NCBI GenBank assembly: GCA_035573915.1
Contig: DATLZQ010000052.1
Span: 8,614 to 72,613, forward strand
DNA: 64,000 nt
Source: Actinomycetota bacterium
GTDB taxonomy: Bacteria; Actinomycetota; UBA4738
Reading direction: 5' to 3'
Made by a program: the position numbers and the translations under genes. Shown here piece after piece: positions 37,934-48,407 of this stretch (positions within the stretch are counted from its first letter, which is position 1; each line of letters starts with the position of its first letter). The notes beneath the pieces were generated by a model. The model saw only the letters and a list, made by a program, of their open reading frames with translations. It did not search any database and had not been told where the DNA came from.

Positions 37934-38917
37934 CTAGCGCTCCACCGCCGGGTTGGGGGCGGCGGCCATGAGGGTGCCCAGCACGGAGGAGAACCGGTCC
38001 AGGGTGGCCACCGGGTAGCAGAAGACCACGTCGGCCCCGGCCCGGCGGAACTGCTCGAACCGCTCCATGGCCTCCCGCCGCCCCCCGGTCACGGCCACGG
38101 CCCGGACCAGCGTCTCGGGGACGTCCTGGGGGCGTCCCTCGGCGAAGGCCTTGGCCGCCAGCCGGGCCTCCTCGCCCAGGCCCATGGCCTCGAACTGGCG
38201 GAGGTACTGGGGGAGGGCCGCGTACCGCCCGGTCATCTCCCGCAGGCTCTCCATGGCCACCCGCTCGGCCACCCCGAGGCAGCAGCGGACGTAGACGGCC
38301 AGGGTGAGGCGGGAGGGGTCCCGTCCGGCCTGCCGCGCCGCCCGGTCCAGGACCCGGCGGGCCCGGGCCGCCCGCTCCGGGGTGCACCAGTTGAGGATCG
38401 CCCCGTCCGCCACCCGGGCGGCCACCTCGAGCATCCGGTCCCCCAGCGCGCCCAGCCAGATGGGGGGCGGCGGCGGCAGGGGCTCGAGGTCCAGCCGGAA
38501 CCGGGGGACCCCGAACCGCTCGGCCCGGACCGTCTCCCCCGCCAGGGCCGCGCGCACCGTGGCCACGTACGCCCGGACGGTCTCCAGGGTCTCCCGCCCG
38601 GGGGGCAGGGACCCCGAGCCCAGGCCCAGGACCAGGCGTCCGCCGGAGAGCTCCTGGAGGGTGGCGGCGGCCATGGCCACCGCGGCCGGGCTCCGGGACC
38701 GGAGGTCGACCACCCCGGTCCCCAGCCGGACCCGGGAGGTGACCACGGCGAACCCGGCCAGGGTCGCGAAGGCCTCCCGGGCGTCGATCTCGGGCACGAA
38801 GACGGCTTCGTAGCCCGTGAGGTCGACGGTCTCCACGACCTCCCGCAGCTCGGGCCAGGGCAGCGGGTCGCGCACCACCGCCCCGACCCGGAGGGCCTCC
38901 CGCCCCGGCTCGGTCAC
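37934..38917 (-). CDS. LLM-class (luciferase-like) F420-dependent oxidoreductase
   Basis: Luciferase-like monooxygenase TIM barrel. GTG at 38917 with GAGGAGG RBS. Confidence 0.65.
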   Translation of the reverse strand: MTEPGREALRVGAVVRDPLPWPELREVVETVDLTGYEAVFVPEIDAREAFATLAGFAVVTSRVRLGTGVVDLRSRSPAAVAMAAATLQELSGGRLVLGLGSGSLPPGRETLETVRAYVATVRAALAGETVRAERFGVPRFRLDLEPLPPPPPIWLGALGDRMLEVAARVADGAILNWCTPERAARARRVLDRAARQAGRDPSRLTLAVYVRCCLGVAERVAMESLREMTGRYAALPQYLRQFEAMGLGEEARLAAKAFAEGRPQDVPETLVRAVAVTGGRREAMERFEQFRRAGADVVFCYPVATLDRFSSVLGTLMAAAPNPAVER

Positions 38918-39187
38918 CGGCGGCCTCCTCGAGCGGTCCGCGGGCCCGGCGTCCCCTCGGCGAACGCAGCCCGACCCGTCCCCATGTCGCCATGCTCCCA
39001 CACCGACGCCCGCCCCAGGCGGGCGAGCCCGGTTCCGGAAACCTCGGCCAGGAACCTGCGGGCGGAGCAGGCCCCGGCCGGTCGAGCGGGACCGGGACGA
39101 CGGGAAGGAGGATGATGGGAAGGGGTCCAGGACGGCCCTCGCACGCGTCCCTCCAGGCTAGGGTCGGAGGCCGGGGCCAGAAGGGCG

Positions 39188-39931
39188 ATGATCCAGGTCG
39201 GGACCAGCGGCTGGCAGTACGCCTCCTGGCGGGGCAGGTTCTACCCGTCGGGCCTGGCCCAGCGGCGGTGGCTCGGGTTCTACGCCACGCGCTTTCCGGT
39301 GGTGGAGGTCAACAACTCCTTCTACGTGCTGCCCAAGGAGGACACCTTCGACCGGTGGCGGGACACGGTGCCGCCGGGGTTCCGGTTCGCGGTCAAGGCC
39401 AGCCGGTTCATCACCCACGTCCGTCGCCTGCGGGACTGCGCGGACCCCGTGGCCCTGTTCTGGTCGCGGGCCACTAGGCTCCGCGACCGCCTGGGGCCGG
39501 TCCTGTTCCAACTGCCTCCCCGGTTCCGGGCCGACCCGCCCCTCCTGGGCGACTTCCTGGCCTCGCTCCCCGGGGAGCTGCGACCGGCCTTCGAGTTCCG
39601 CGACGACTCGTGGCGGACGGACGAGGTCTTCGAGCTCCTGGACCGCCACCGGGCGGCCTGGGTGATGGCGGACCGGCCCGGGTGGCGGGTCCCCACGGTG
39701 GTCACCGGGGGGTGGTCGTACCTGCGGTTCCACCAGGGGCAGGAGCACGCGCCGGGCTACACGCGGGAGAAGCTTTCGCGCTGGGCGGACCGGATCGCGG
39801 GCCTGGGGCCGATCGACGTCTACGTCTTCTTCAACAACGACCCGGAGGCCGCGGCCCCCCGAGACGCGGCCACCCTGGCGGAGCTCCTCCGCCGGCGGGG
39901 GTGCCGGGTGGCGGAGCCGCCGGCCGCTTGA
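39188..39931 (+). CDS. DUF72-domain protein
   Basis: GTSGWQY...FYP N-terminus and overall DUF72 (UPF0759) pattern. Confidence 0.75.
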   Translation: MIQVGTSGWQYASWRGRFYPSGLAQRRWLGFYATRFPVVEVNNSFYVLPKEDTFDRWRDTVPPGFRFAVKASRFITHVRRLRDCADPVALFWSRATRLRDRLGPVLFQLPPRFRADPPLLGDFLASLPGELRPAFEFRDDSWRTDEVFELLDRHRAAWVMADRPGWRVPTVVTGGWSYLRFHQGQEHAPGYTREKLSRWADRIAGLGPIDVYVFFNNDPEAAAPRDAATLAELLRRRGCRVAEPPAA

Positions 39932-39965
39932 ACCTCGCCGGGCCCGGCCCCGACAATCGAAAGCC

Positions 39966-41024
39966 GTGTCGAGCGAGCGGCCGTCGGAGGGCGAGGAGCG
40001 GGCCGGCGCCGTCAGGCCGCCGGGGACGGCCGTGGGGCGTCCCGGGGAGCCCGCGTACGCGGGGCTGGTCACGTTCGCCCGGGTCCCACTCGTCCTCCGG
40101 CCCGAGGACCTCGGGGGGGTGGACGTGGTCATCCTGGGCGCCCCGGTGGACGAGACCGTGAGCTACCGCCCGGGGACGCGGTTCGGGCCCCGGGCCATCC
40201 GCCAGGCCGACCCCGCCGGGGGCACCGGCCGGCCCAACATGGACCTCGGGGTGGACCCCTTCGCGGTCCTCGCGGTGGTGGACTACGGCGACGTGGAGGT
40301 GGCCCCGGGGGACCCGGCCCGGAGCCACGAGGCCGTCCGCCGGGCCGTGCGGGAGGTCCGGGAGGCCGGGGCCGTCCCCGTCGTCCTGGGGGGCGACCAC
40401 TCCCTGGCCCACCCGGACGTGGGGGCCGTGGCCGAGGCCCTCCGCCCGGCGCAGCTCGGCGTGGTCCACTTCGACGCCCACGCGGACAACGCCCCCCACC
40501 TCTACGGGGTCCGTCGGTCCCACGGCACCCCCATGCGGCTGCTCGTGGAGGAGGGGTCGGTCCGGGGCGATCACATCGTCCAGGTGGGCCTGCGCGGGTA
40601 CTGGCCCGACCCGGAGGACTTCGAGTGGGCCCGCCGCCACGGCTTCCGCTGGCACCTCATGGAGGAGATCGCCGAACGGGGCATGGACGCGGTCATGGAC
40701 GACGTGGTGGCCGCGGCCCGGGAGTGGGACGCCGTGTTCCTCTCCTTCGACATCGACGTGTGCGACCCCGCCTACGCCCCGGGCACCGGCACCCCCGAGC
40801 CGGGGGGCCTCACCGCCCGGGAGGCCCTACGGGCCGTTCGCCGGCTGGCCCTCGAGGTGGGGCTGGCCGGGATGGAGGTGGTCGAGGTCTCGCCGCCGTA
40901 CGACCACGCCGACGTCACGGCCCTCCTCGCCCACCGGCTGGTGCTGGAGGCCCTCTCCGGGCTGGCCCTCCGCAAGCTGGGCCGCGAGCCCCGCCCGGAG
41001 CGCCCGACGCCGACCGAAGGCTGA
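39966..41024 (+). CDS. Agmatinase / arginase-family ureohydrolase
   Basis: Ureohydrolase Mn-binding motifs (GGDHS, DAHAD, SFDIDVCDP). Confidence 0.85.
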   Translation: MSSERPSEGEERAGAVRPPGTAVGRPGEPAYAGLVTFARVPLVLRPEDLGGVDVVILGAPVDETVSYRPGTRFGPRAIRQADPAGGTGRPNMDLGVDPFAVLAVVDYGDVEVAPGDPARSHEAVRRAVREVREAGAVPVVLGGDHSLAHPDVGAVAEALRPAQLGVVHFDAHADNAPHLYGVRRSHGTPMRLLVEEGSVRGDHIVQVGLRGYWPDPEDFEWARRHGFRWHLMEEIAERGMDAVMDDVVAAAREWDAVFLSFDIDVCDPAYAPGTGTPEPGGLTAREALRAVRRLALEVGLAGMEVVEVSPPYDHADVTALLAHRLVLEALSGLALRKLGREPRPERPTPTEG

Positions 41025-41081
41025 GGAGCGCCCCCCGGGACCGCGTCCCGCTCCCGGGCCGCGAGGCGGAGCCCCCGGCCC

Positions 41082-42488
41082 CTACCGCGAGAGGGCCTCG
41101 CAGAACGCCCCGAAGGCGTCCACGAACCGGGCCACGTCCTCCTCCGTGTGCTGGACGGAGAGCGTCCACTGCTCCTCGTCCCCGGGGGTCATGAAGATCC
41201 CCCGGTTGAGCAGCCACACGAAGGACGCGGCGAACAGGGCCCGGTTGCACTGGAGGAAGTCCCGGTAGTTGCGCAGCGGCTCCGGGCGGTAGGACACGCA
41301 GCCCTTGGCCCCCAAGTCCACCACGTGGGCGGGGAGGCCGAACTCCCGGATGGCCCGTCCGCACCCCTCGGCCAGGAGGCTCCCCAGCTTGCCCAGGTAG
41401 GCGTAGGCATCGGGGGTGAGGACCTCGGTGAGGGCGGCCAGCCCCGCCCGCACCGAGAGCGGGTTCCCGTTGAAGGTCCCCTGCTGGGCGGTCCCCTTGC
41501 CCACCACCTCCATCACCGAGGCCCGCCCGCCCAGGGCCCCGATGGGGGTGCCCCCGCCGATGGCCTTGGCGAAGCAGGCCAGGTCGGGCTGGACCCCGTA
41601 ACGCTCGATGGCCCCGCCGGGCGCGATGGTGGCCCCCGACTTGACCTCGTCGAAGATGAGGATCACGCCGTGGCGGGTGCAGAGGTCCCGGACGGCCTGG
41701 AGGTAGCCGGGCTGGGGCTCCACGATGCCGATGTTCATCATCACCGGCTCCATGACCAGGCAGGCCACCTCCCCGCCCCGCTCGGCCAGGACGTGCTCCA
41801 GGGCCGAGGCGTCGTTGAAGGGGACGATGAGCGTGTAGTCGGCCATGACCTTTGGCACGCCCCGGGAGGTGGGGATGGTCTTGTAGACGTCCCCCACCGA
41901 GTCGGCGGCCTCCCCGCTGGTCACCTCCCGGACCCCCAGGACGTCGGCCTCGGGGACCACGGAGAACAGCAGGGTGTCGTGGTGGCCGTGGTAGGAGCCC
42001 TCGATCTTCAGGACGACCTCCCGCCCCGTGGCGGCCCGGGCGATGCGGACGGCGTCCATGGTGGCCTCCGTCCCCGAGTTGCAGAACCGGACCTGCTCCA
42101 GGGAGAAGCGCCGGCAGAGCTCCTCGGCCAGGGCCACCGTGGCCTCCGTGGTCACCGCGAAGTGGGTCCCGGTCCGGGCCGCCTCCTCGATGGCCGCCAC
42201 CACCCGGGGGTGGGCGTGGCCCACCACGTTCACCCCGAACCCCCCGTGGTAGTCCACGTACTCGTGCCCGTCCACGTCCCACACGTGGGAGCCCTGCCCT
42301 CGGGCCAGGTACACGGGGTAGGGGTCCCCGGCCTGGAAGGTGGAGGCCACCCCCAGGGGCATGACCCGGGCCGCCCGCTCGAACAGCGCCGCCGACCCCG
42401 GGGTTCGTTCCAGGAGGCGCCGCTTCTCCCGGGCCTCGAGCTCCCGGGCCCGGGCCGTGATCCGTTCGGTGTCCACCTCGGCGCTCAT
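41082..42488 (-). CDS. Class-III (omega) aminotransferase, glutamate-1-semialdehyde aminomutase-like
   Basis: ATG at 42488 (MSAEV...). FDEVKSG (PLP lysine region) and class-III fold. Confidence 0.8.
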   Translation of the reverse strand: MSAEVDTERITARARELEAREKRRLLERTPGSAALFERAARVMPLGVASTFQAGDPYPVYLARGQGSHVWDVDGHEYVDYHGGFGVNVVGHAHPRVVAAIEEAARTGTHFAVTTEATVALAEELCRRFSLEQVRFCNSGTEATMDAVRIARAATGREVVLKIEGSYHGHHDTLLFSVVPEADVLGVREVTSGEAADSVGDVYKTIPTSRGVPKVMADYTLIVPFNDASALEHVLAERGGEVACLVMEPVMMNIGIVEPQPGYLQAVRDLCTRHGVILIFDEVKSGATIAPGGAIERYGVQPDLACFAKAIGGGTPIGALGGRASVMEVVGKGTAQQGTFNGNPLSVRAGLAALTEVLTPDAYAYLGKLGSLLAEGCGRAIREFGLPAHVVDLGAKGCVSYRPEPLRNYRDFLQCNRALFAASFVWLLNRGIFMTPGDEEQWTLSVQHTEEDVARFVDAFGAFCEALSR

Positions 42489-42514
42489 TGGACCTCGCCT
42501 CCTCCCGCCTTGGC

Positions 42515-43366
42515 TTACCTGTACCGTCGACGCTGGACCACCAGGCTCAGCCCGATCAGCACGACCGTGAGCACCAGGATGGTGGTCCCGATCACGTTGA
42601 TCTGCGGGGGAACGGCCACCCTGGCCGACCCCCACACGTACAGGGGGAAGGTGACCTCGGGGCCCGCGTTGAACAGGGTGATGATGAAGTCGTCCAGGGA
42701 CAGGGCGAAGGACAGCAGGCCCGCCGCCAGGATCCCCGGGTAGATCAGGGGCAGGGTGACCTTGCGGAAGGTCCGCCACTCGTTGGCCCCCAGGTCCATG
42801 GCCGCCTCCTCCAGGGTCCAATCGAACCCCCGGAGCCGGGCCTTCACCGTGAGCACCACGTAGCTGATGCTGAACATGATGTGGGCGATGACGATCGTGA
42901 GGAACCCGGTGGGGATCCCCCAGGTGAGGAAGAGCGTGAGGAGGGAAGACCCCATGACCACCTCGGGCGTGGTCAGGGGGAGCAGCAGCAGGACGTTCAC
43001 GGCCCCCCCGCCTCTGAACCGGTACCGGATCAGGGCTAGGGCGATGAGCGTCCCGAACACCGTGGCCGCCGTGGTGGCTATGGCCGCCACCTTGAGGCTC
43101 AGGACCATGGCGTCCGCGAGGGCCGGCACGGCCAGGGGGTGAGCCCAGGCATCGAGGGAGAACTCCTGCCAGACGAAGTTGAACCGTCCCCGAGGTCGGT
43201 TGAAGCTGAACAGGACCATGACCCCGATCGGGAGGAACAGGTAGACGAGGCCCAGCGCGGCGTATCCCCAGAGGAGGACGTCCCCCGGCCGCCACCGGCG
43301 GGGTCGAGGCGCTGGCCAGGCCGGCCTCGGGACCGCGCGCTCCTCGACCGCCAGCTCCGCGCTCAT
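42515..43366 (-). CDS. potC: Spermidine/putrescine ABC transporter permease
   Basis: Six-TM permease with EAA motif (EEAAMDLGANEW). Overlaps potB by 4 nt. Confidence 0.8.
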   Translation of the reverse strand: MSAELAVEERAVPRPAWPAPRPRRWRPGDVLLWGYAALGLVYLFLPIGVMVLFSFNRPRGRFNFVWQEFSLDAWAHPLAVPALADAMVLSLKVAAIATTAATVFGTLIALALIRYRFRGGGAVNVLLLLPLTTPEVVMGSSLLTLFLTWGIPTGFLTIVIAHIMFSISYVVLTVKARLRGFDWTLEEAAMDLGANEWRTFRKVTLPLIYPGILAAGLLSFALSLDDFIITLFNAGPEVTFPLYVWGSARVAVPPQINVIGTTILVLTVVLIGLSLVVQRRRYR

Positions 43367-44214
43367 CCCGTGAGCTGCTCCGTGCCCAGAAGGCGGGCGT
43401 AGACGAAGACCGCGAGCAGGATGGCGGCCATCAGCAGGAACGAGAGTGCCGCTGCCGTCGGGTAGTCGAGCAGGACCAGGAACTGGCTCTGGATGACGTT
43501 CCCGATCATGGTCTGCCGGGACGTCCCCAGCAGTTGGGCATTGATGAAGTCCCCGGCCGCCGGGATGAACGTGAGCAGCGACCCGGCGAAGACCCCGGGC
43601 ATGGAGAGCGGCAGGACCACCCTGCGGAACGCTCGGAACGAGCTGGCGTAGAGGTCCCGCGCCGCGTCGACGAGCTCCGGCTCGATCTTCTCCAGGGCCA
43701 CGTAGATGGGCAGCACCATGAAGGGCAGGAAGTTGTACGTGAGGCCACCCACCACGGCGATGGTGGTGGCCAGGAGCCTGCCGTCGGCGGGGAGCAGGTG
43801 CAGGACCTTGAGGGCCTTCACCACCGGCCCCTCGTCGGCCAGGATGGTCATCCAGGCCAGGGTCCGGATGAGGTACGTCGTGAAGAAGGGGAGCACGACC
43901 AGGGCGAGGAGGAGCGTCTTGTACCGCCCTCCCCGGAAGGCAATGGCGTAGGCGAGGGGGTAGCCGACGGCCAGCGCGATCAGGGTGGCCATCCCTGCGT
44001 ATTCGAAGGACCGAATGAACTGCTGGTCGAAGGTGGTCAGCGCATCGAGGTAGTTCCGCCAGTCCCAGGCGAAGTGGAAGCCCGTGAAGAACGTCCCCCG
44101 GGACAGCGACGTCTGGGCCAGGGTGAGGATGGGGACGAGGAAGAACAGGACGAGCCAGGCGACGCCGGGTGCCGCCATGACATACGGGACCAGGGCTCGG
44201 AGGCGGCCCCGCAT
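43363..44214 (-). CDS. potB: Spermidine/putrescine ABC transporter permease
   Basis: ATG at 44214 (MRGRLRALVPYV...). EAA motif (VDAARDLYASSF). Confidence 0.8.
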   Translation of the reverse strand: MRGRLRALVPYVMAAPGVAWLVLFFLVPILTLAQTSLSRGTFFTGFHFAWDWRNYLDALTTFDQQFIRSFEYAGMATLIALAVGYPLAYAIAFRGGRYKTLLLALVVLPFFTTYLIRTLAWMTILADEGPVVKALKVLHLLPADGRLLATTIAVVGGLTYNFLPFMVLPIYVALEKIEPELVDAARDLYASSFRAFRRVVLPLSMPGVFAGSLLTFIPAAGDFINAQLLGTSRQTMIGNVIQSQFLVLLDYPTAAALSFLLMAAILLAVFVYARLLGTEQLTG

Positions 44215-44219
44215 CCCGC

Positions 44220-45401
44220 TCAGGCCCTCACGACGGACTGGAACAGCTGCTCGAACTGCTGCTCCTCCTCCGGGTCGAGGGGCCTGAAGATGTGGGCCCG
44301 GGCCAGGGTCTCGGGGTCGGGGACGATCAGGGGGTTCTCGGCCAGGGCGGGGTCGATCTTCGTCAACTCCTCCTTCACCCCCTCCACCGGGCTTACGAAC
44401 TGCACGAAGGCGGCGATCTGGGCGGCGATCTTTGGGTCGTAGACGAAGTTCATGAACGTCTCCGCGGTGAACTTGTGCTCCGCCGTGATGGGGATGAGCA
44501 TGTTGTCCGACCAAAACATGAACCCTTCCTCGGGGAAGAGCCACTCGAGGTCGGGGTTGTCCTGCTTGAGCTGGACCACGTCCCCCGACCAGGCGAACGA
44601 CACCCAGGCGTCTCCGCGCACGAGGTCGGGACCGTAGTCGTTCCCCGTGAACCGGCGGATCTGGCCGGTCTCCACCGCCTCCTTGATCCGCTCCACCGCG
44701 GCCTCGGCATCCTCCAGGGTCGCTTCCTCCGGGGCCACACCCATCCCCAGCAGCACCAGCCCGAGGGTGTCCCGCATCTCCGTCAGCATGGTGACGTGGC
44801 CCTTGAACGCGGGGTCGAAAATGTCGTTCACGCTGGTGAGCTTGCGTCCGGTAAGCTTGGGGTTGTAGCCGATCCCGGTGAAGCCGGACTGCCAGGGCAG
44901 GCTGAACCGCCGGCCCGGGTCGAACGACGGGTTCTCCAGGGTGTCCACGAGGTTCGTCCAGTTCGGGATGTTGTCCTTGTCGAGCTCCGCCAGCCAGCCC
45001 AGCTTGATCAGCCGGCTGGCCATCCAGTCCGTGAGCACGATGATGTCCCGCTCGATGCTCTGCCTCCGGGACAGGGGCTCCCTGATCTTGGCGAAGTACT
45101 CGACGTTGTCGTTGATCTCCTCGATGTAGTTCACGTTCACGCCGTACTGCTTCCTGAAGTCCCGCAGTGTCTTCTTGTCGATGTAGAACGGCCAGTTGGC
45201 GAAGTTCAGGATGTCCGAGAGCGTGGGGGAAGGAGAAGGGGAGGCTGGGGTGGGCGAGGGGCCGGTTGGAGTGGGCGTCGGCCCCTGCGGTTGGATTCCC
45301 CGGGCGCACGCGACGAGCAGGGAGGCCCCGGTACCCACGAGGAACTGGCGACGGGTGAGCCTCCGGGCGGGAACCCGAGACCACCGACGGTCATCACCCA
45401 T
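44220..45401 (-). CDS. potD: Spermidine/putrescine ABC transporter substrate-binding protein (Tat/lipoprotein signal)
   Basis: RRQFLVGTGASLLVACA signal and PotD/PotF-like fold. Confidence 0.8.
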   Translation of the reverse strand: MGDDRRWSRVPARRLTRRQFLVGTGASLLVACARGIQPQGPTPTPTGPSPTPASPSPSPTLSDILNFANWPFYIDKKTLRDFRKQYGVNVNYIEEINDNVEYFAKIREPLSRRQSIERDIIVLTDWMASRLIKLGWLAELDKDNIPNWTNLVDTLENPSFDPGRRFSLPWQSGFTGIGYNPKLTGRKLTSVNDIFDPAFKGHVTMLTEMRDTLGLVLLGMGVAPEEATLEDAEAAVERIKEAVETGQIRRFTGNDYGPDLVRGDAWVSFAWSGDVVQLKQDNPDLEWLFPEEGFMFWSDNMLIPITAEHKFTAETFMNFVYDPKIAAQIAAFVQFVSPVEGVKEELTKIDPALAENPLIVPDPETLARAHIFRPLDPEEEQQFEQLFQSVVRA

Positions 45402-45490
45402 ACCTCCTCAACCCCCTCTCTGAAGCCTGGCTCTGCCCCCCCTGAGCAGCATGCTAGCGCGCCGATGGAGGGCCCTGGGACGCAGCGGGG

Positions 45491-46642
45491 TCATGGCTCC
45501 TTGGGCGACGGCAGGGCGTACCCCGCCCCCCTCCCCCAGACCGCCCAGGCCTGGTCCCCCGGACGAAGCGCAGCCGGCGCCTCGTGGGCGGGCACGTGGG
45601 CCACCACCTCCGTGCCGTCCACGGCCCGGAGCGCGTAGCGCACGACGGGGCCCTGGAAGACGACGTCCACGACCGTCCCCCGGACCTTGCCTTCTCCCCC
45701 CGTCTCGAGTTCCAGCGGCAGGACTCGAAGGCGCTCGGGGCGGAGCATGACCACCACCTCCTGGCCCGGCCGGAAGGAGCCACCGTCCGCCTCCGCCCAG
45801 GTCCCACCCCCCGCCGCCAGCCGCAGCTCCACCCCCTCGTCCGCTACCCGCTCCACCCGGGCGGGGAGGAGGTTGGCCAGGCCGATGAAGCTGGCCACGA
45901 ACAGCGAGCGGGGACGGTTGTAGATCTCGGCGGGCGCGCCGACCTGCTCGACCCGACCCTCGTTCATGACGGCGATCCGGTCCGACATGGTGAGGGCTTC
46001 CTCCTGGTCGTGGGTCACGTACACGAAGGTGATCCCCACCTCCCGCTGGATGCGCTTGAGCTCCAGCTGCATGGCCTGGCGGAGCTTGAGGTCCAAGGCC
46101 CCCAGAGGCTCGTCGAGCAGGAGGGCGCTGGGGTAGTTCACCAGGGCCCGGGCCAGGGCCACCCGCTGCTGTTGGCCCCCGGAGAGCTCCCGGGGTCGAC
46201 GCCGCGCCAGGTGGCCCAGGCGTACCACGTCGAGGATCTCGGTGACCTTCCGTCGGACCTCGGACGCGGGGAGCTTCCGGCTTCGTGGGCCGAAGGCCAC
46301 GTTGTCGAAGACGTCCATGTGGGGGAACAGCGCGTAGTGCTGGAAGACCATGTTGACGTTGCGGCGGTAGGGAGGGACGGACGATACGTCCTGCCCTTCG
46401 AGGAGGATGCGACCGCTGGTGGGCGTCTCGAACCCCGCGATCATCCGAAGCGTGGTGGTCTTGCCGCACCCGGATGGGCCGAGGAGGGAGAAGAACTCCC
46501 CGCGCCGGATGGTCAGGGTCACCTCGTCCACGGCCACCACCGAGCCGAACCGCTTGGTGACCCGCTCCAGCCGAATGACCGGGTCGGAGACCTCGGGAGT
46601 CTCCGGCCGCTCGCGCAGCGAGGACCGCGGCCACTCAGCCAC
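45491..46642 (-). CDS. potA: Spermidine/putrescine ABC transporter ATP-binding protein
   Basis: Walker [25 protein letters not shown], Walker B LLLDEP, and C-terminal TOBE/MOP-like domain. Confidence 0.88.
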   Translation of the reverse strand: MAEWPRSSLRERPETPEVSDPVIRLERVTKRFGSVVAVDEVTLTIRRGEFFSLLGPSGCGKTTTLRMIAGFETPTSGRILLEGQDVSSVPPYRRNVNMVFQHYALFPHMDVFDNVAFGPRSRKLPASEVRRKVTEILDVVRLGHLARRRPRELSGGQQQRVALARALVNYPSALLLDEPLGALDLKLRQAMQLELKRIQREVGITFVYVTHDQEEALTMSDRIAVMNEGRVEQVGAPAEIYNRPRSLFVASFIGLANLLPARVERVADEGVELRLAAGGGTWAEADGGSFRPGQEVVVMLRPERLRVLPLELETGGEGKVRGTVVDVVFQGPVVRYALRAVDGTEVVAHVPAHEAPAALRPGDQAWAVWGRGAGYALPSPKEP

Positions 46643-46714
46643 CGGTTCGCACTCCCTCCAGCCGGGTTCTCCCCGAAGAACGGCTCCCGGCGCCGCCGTC
46701 GTTTCTCCCTTACC

Positions 46715-48367
46715 TCATGCTAGGCGCGTCCCCGGTGGCCGGACAATCGGCCACCGGGAGCGGATCCCCAGGAGCCGGCCCCGCCCTACGTCCCGCCAGA
46801 CCACCCGGGCACAGTTCCAACCGGGCACGCCCATGACGCCGCCTCCGGGGTGGGTCCCCGCCCCGCACAGGTAGAGTCCCCGGACGGGGGTCCGGTAGCT
46901 CCCCCACCCCGGCACCGGACGAAAGACGAACAGCTGGTCCAGGGTCATCTCGCCGTGGAAGATGTTCCCGCCGACCAGACCGAACCGCCGCTCCAGGTCG
47001 GGAGGTGCCAGGACCTCGGCATGGAGGACCGCCCCGGCCACGTCGGGCGCGTACTCCTCGAGGGTCGAGAGGACCCTCTCCAGGTAGGTCTCCCGGGCCG
47101 TGTCCCAGGAGCCCTCTGCCAGGCGGTAGGGACCGAACTGGGTGAAGAGCAGGGCGATGTGCCTCCCGGAAGGGGCCAGCTCGGGCTCGAACACGGTGGG
47201 GAAGACGGCCTCGATGTAGGGCCGCTCCGACATGCGACCGTGCTTCGCGTCGTCCCAGGCCCGCTCCAGGTACTCGACCGAGGGGGAGATGGCCAGGATC
47301 CCGGTGTGCGGAGCCCCCGGGGCCGGGCCCGACCACGACCGGAACCTGGGGAGTTCGGCCAGGGCGAGGTTGACCTTGACCGAGCCCGAGCGGCTCCGGA
47401 ACCTCCGGAGGTCCCGCACTGTCTCCGGAGGCAGGTGCTCCTGGCCCACCAGGTGCAGGAGCGTGGTCACCGGGTGCGCATTCGAGATCACCGCACGGGC
47501 CCGGACCCTGGTCCCATCCTCCAGCTCCACCCCGGTAGCTCGTCCGTGGCGGACGGTGATGCGACCGACGCCGGCCCCGGTGCGCACCTCGGCCCCCGAC
47601 GCCCGGGCCGCCTCGGCCAGGGCCCACCCCAGAGCCCCCATCCCTCCGTGCACCCACCCCCAGGCCCCCTCGTGGCCCTCCACCTCACCCATCCAGTGGT
47701 GGAGCAGGACGTAGGCTGTGCCCGGGGTCATGGGCCCGGCCCAGGCCCCGATGATGCCCTGGGTGGCCAGGGCCCCTTTCACCCGGGGGTCCTGGAACCA
47801 CTCGTCGAGGAAGTCGGCCGCGCTGGCCGTGAGGAGCCGAGCCACGGCCACCAGATCCGCCCGGCTCCAGTGGCTGAGCCTCCGAGCCACACCTGCCCAC
47901 CGAGGGAGGTCTGCCAGCCGGAACCCCGGCGGGATCACGAAGAGGAGCTCTCGGACCAGATGCGCCAGCCGCGAGAGGTAGGCGTCGAACCGGGGATAGG
48001 CGTCTGCGTCGGCCCGGGAGAACCGGGCGATCTCCTGGGCCGTCCGAGCGGGGTCGCCCCACAGCGTGAGGGCCGACCCGTCAGGGTAGGGGACGTAGTA
48101 GTCGGGCTCCAGGACCGTCACACGGTACCCGAACCGACGGAGGCCGAGCGCCGACACGAGCCCCGGCGGCATGAGGCTCACGACGTACGAGGCCGTCGAC
48201 ACCCGGTATCCGGGCCAGGGCTCCTCGGTGGCGGCGGCGCCGCCAGGGACCGTCCGTCGCTCCAGCACGAGGACGTCGAGCCCACGACGGGCCAGGGAGG
48301 CGGCACAGACCAGGCCGTTGTGGCCGGCCCCCACGACCACCGCGTCCCGAGCCCGGGCCAGGCCCAT
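46715..48367 (-). CDS. FAD/NAD(P)-dependent oxidoreductase (phytoene-desaturase / amine-oxidase family)
   Basis: N-terminal dinucleotide-binding motif VVVGAGHNGL..LVLERR, CrtI-like overall pattern. Confidence 0.75.
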   Translation of the reverse strand: MGLARARDAVVVGAGHNGLVCAASLARRGLDVLVLERRTVPGGAAATEEPWPGYRVSTASYVVSLMPPGLVSALGLRRFGYRVTVLEPDYYVPYPDGSALTLWGDPARTAQEIARFSRADADAYPRFDAYLSRLAHLVRELLFVIPPGFRLADLPRWAGVARRLSHWSRADLVAVARLLTASAADFLDEWFQDPRVKGALATQGIIGAWAGPMTPGTAYVLLHHWMGEVEGHEGAWGWVHGGMGALGWALAEAARASGAEVRTGAGVGRITVRHGRATGVELEDGTRVRARAVISNAHPVTTLLHLVGQEHLPPETVRDLRRFRSRSGSVKVNLALAELPRFRSWSGPAPGAPHTGILAISPSVEYLERAWDDAKHGRMSERPYIEAVFPTVFEPELAPSGRHIALLFTQFGPYRLAEGSWDTARETYLERVLSTLEEYAPDVAGAVLHAEVLAPPDLERRFGLVGGNIFHGEMTLDQLFVFRPVPGWGSYRTPVRGLYLCGAGTHPGGGVMGVPGWNCARVVWRDVGRGRLLGIRSRWPIVRPPGTRLA

Positions 48368-48407
48368 CCCTCGTCCCCGGAGACCCGGTCCCCCAGCGGT
48401 CCGGGGC

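Noticed and set aside
41025-41081. GC hairpin GGGACCGCGTCCC between convergent agmatinase and aminotransferase genes
   Set aside because: Short stem, no T-tail. Such GC palindromes are frequent in this genome, so it was not annotated.
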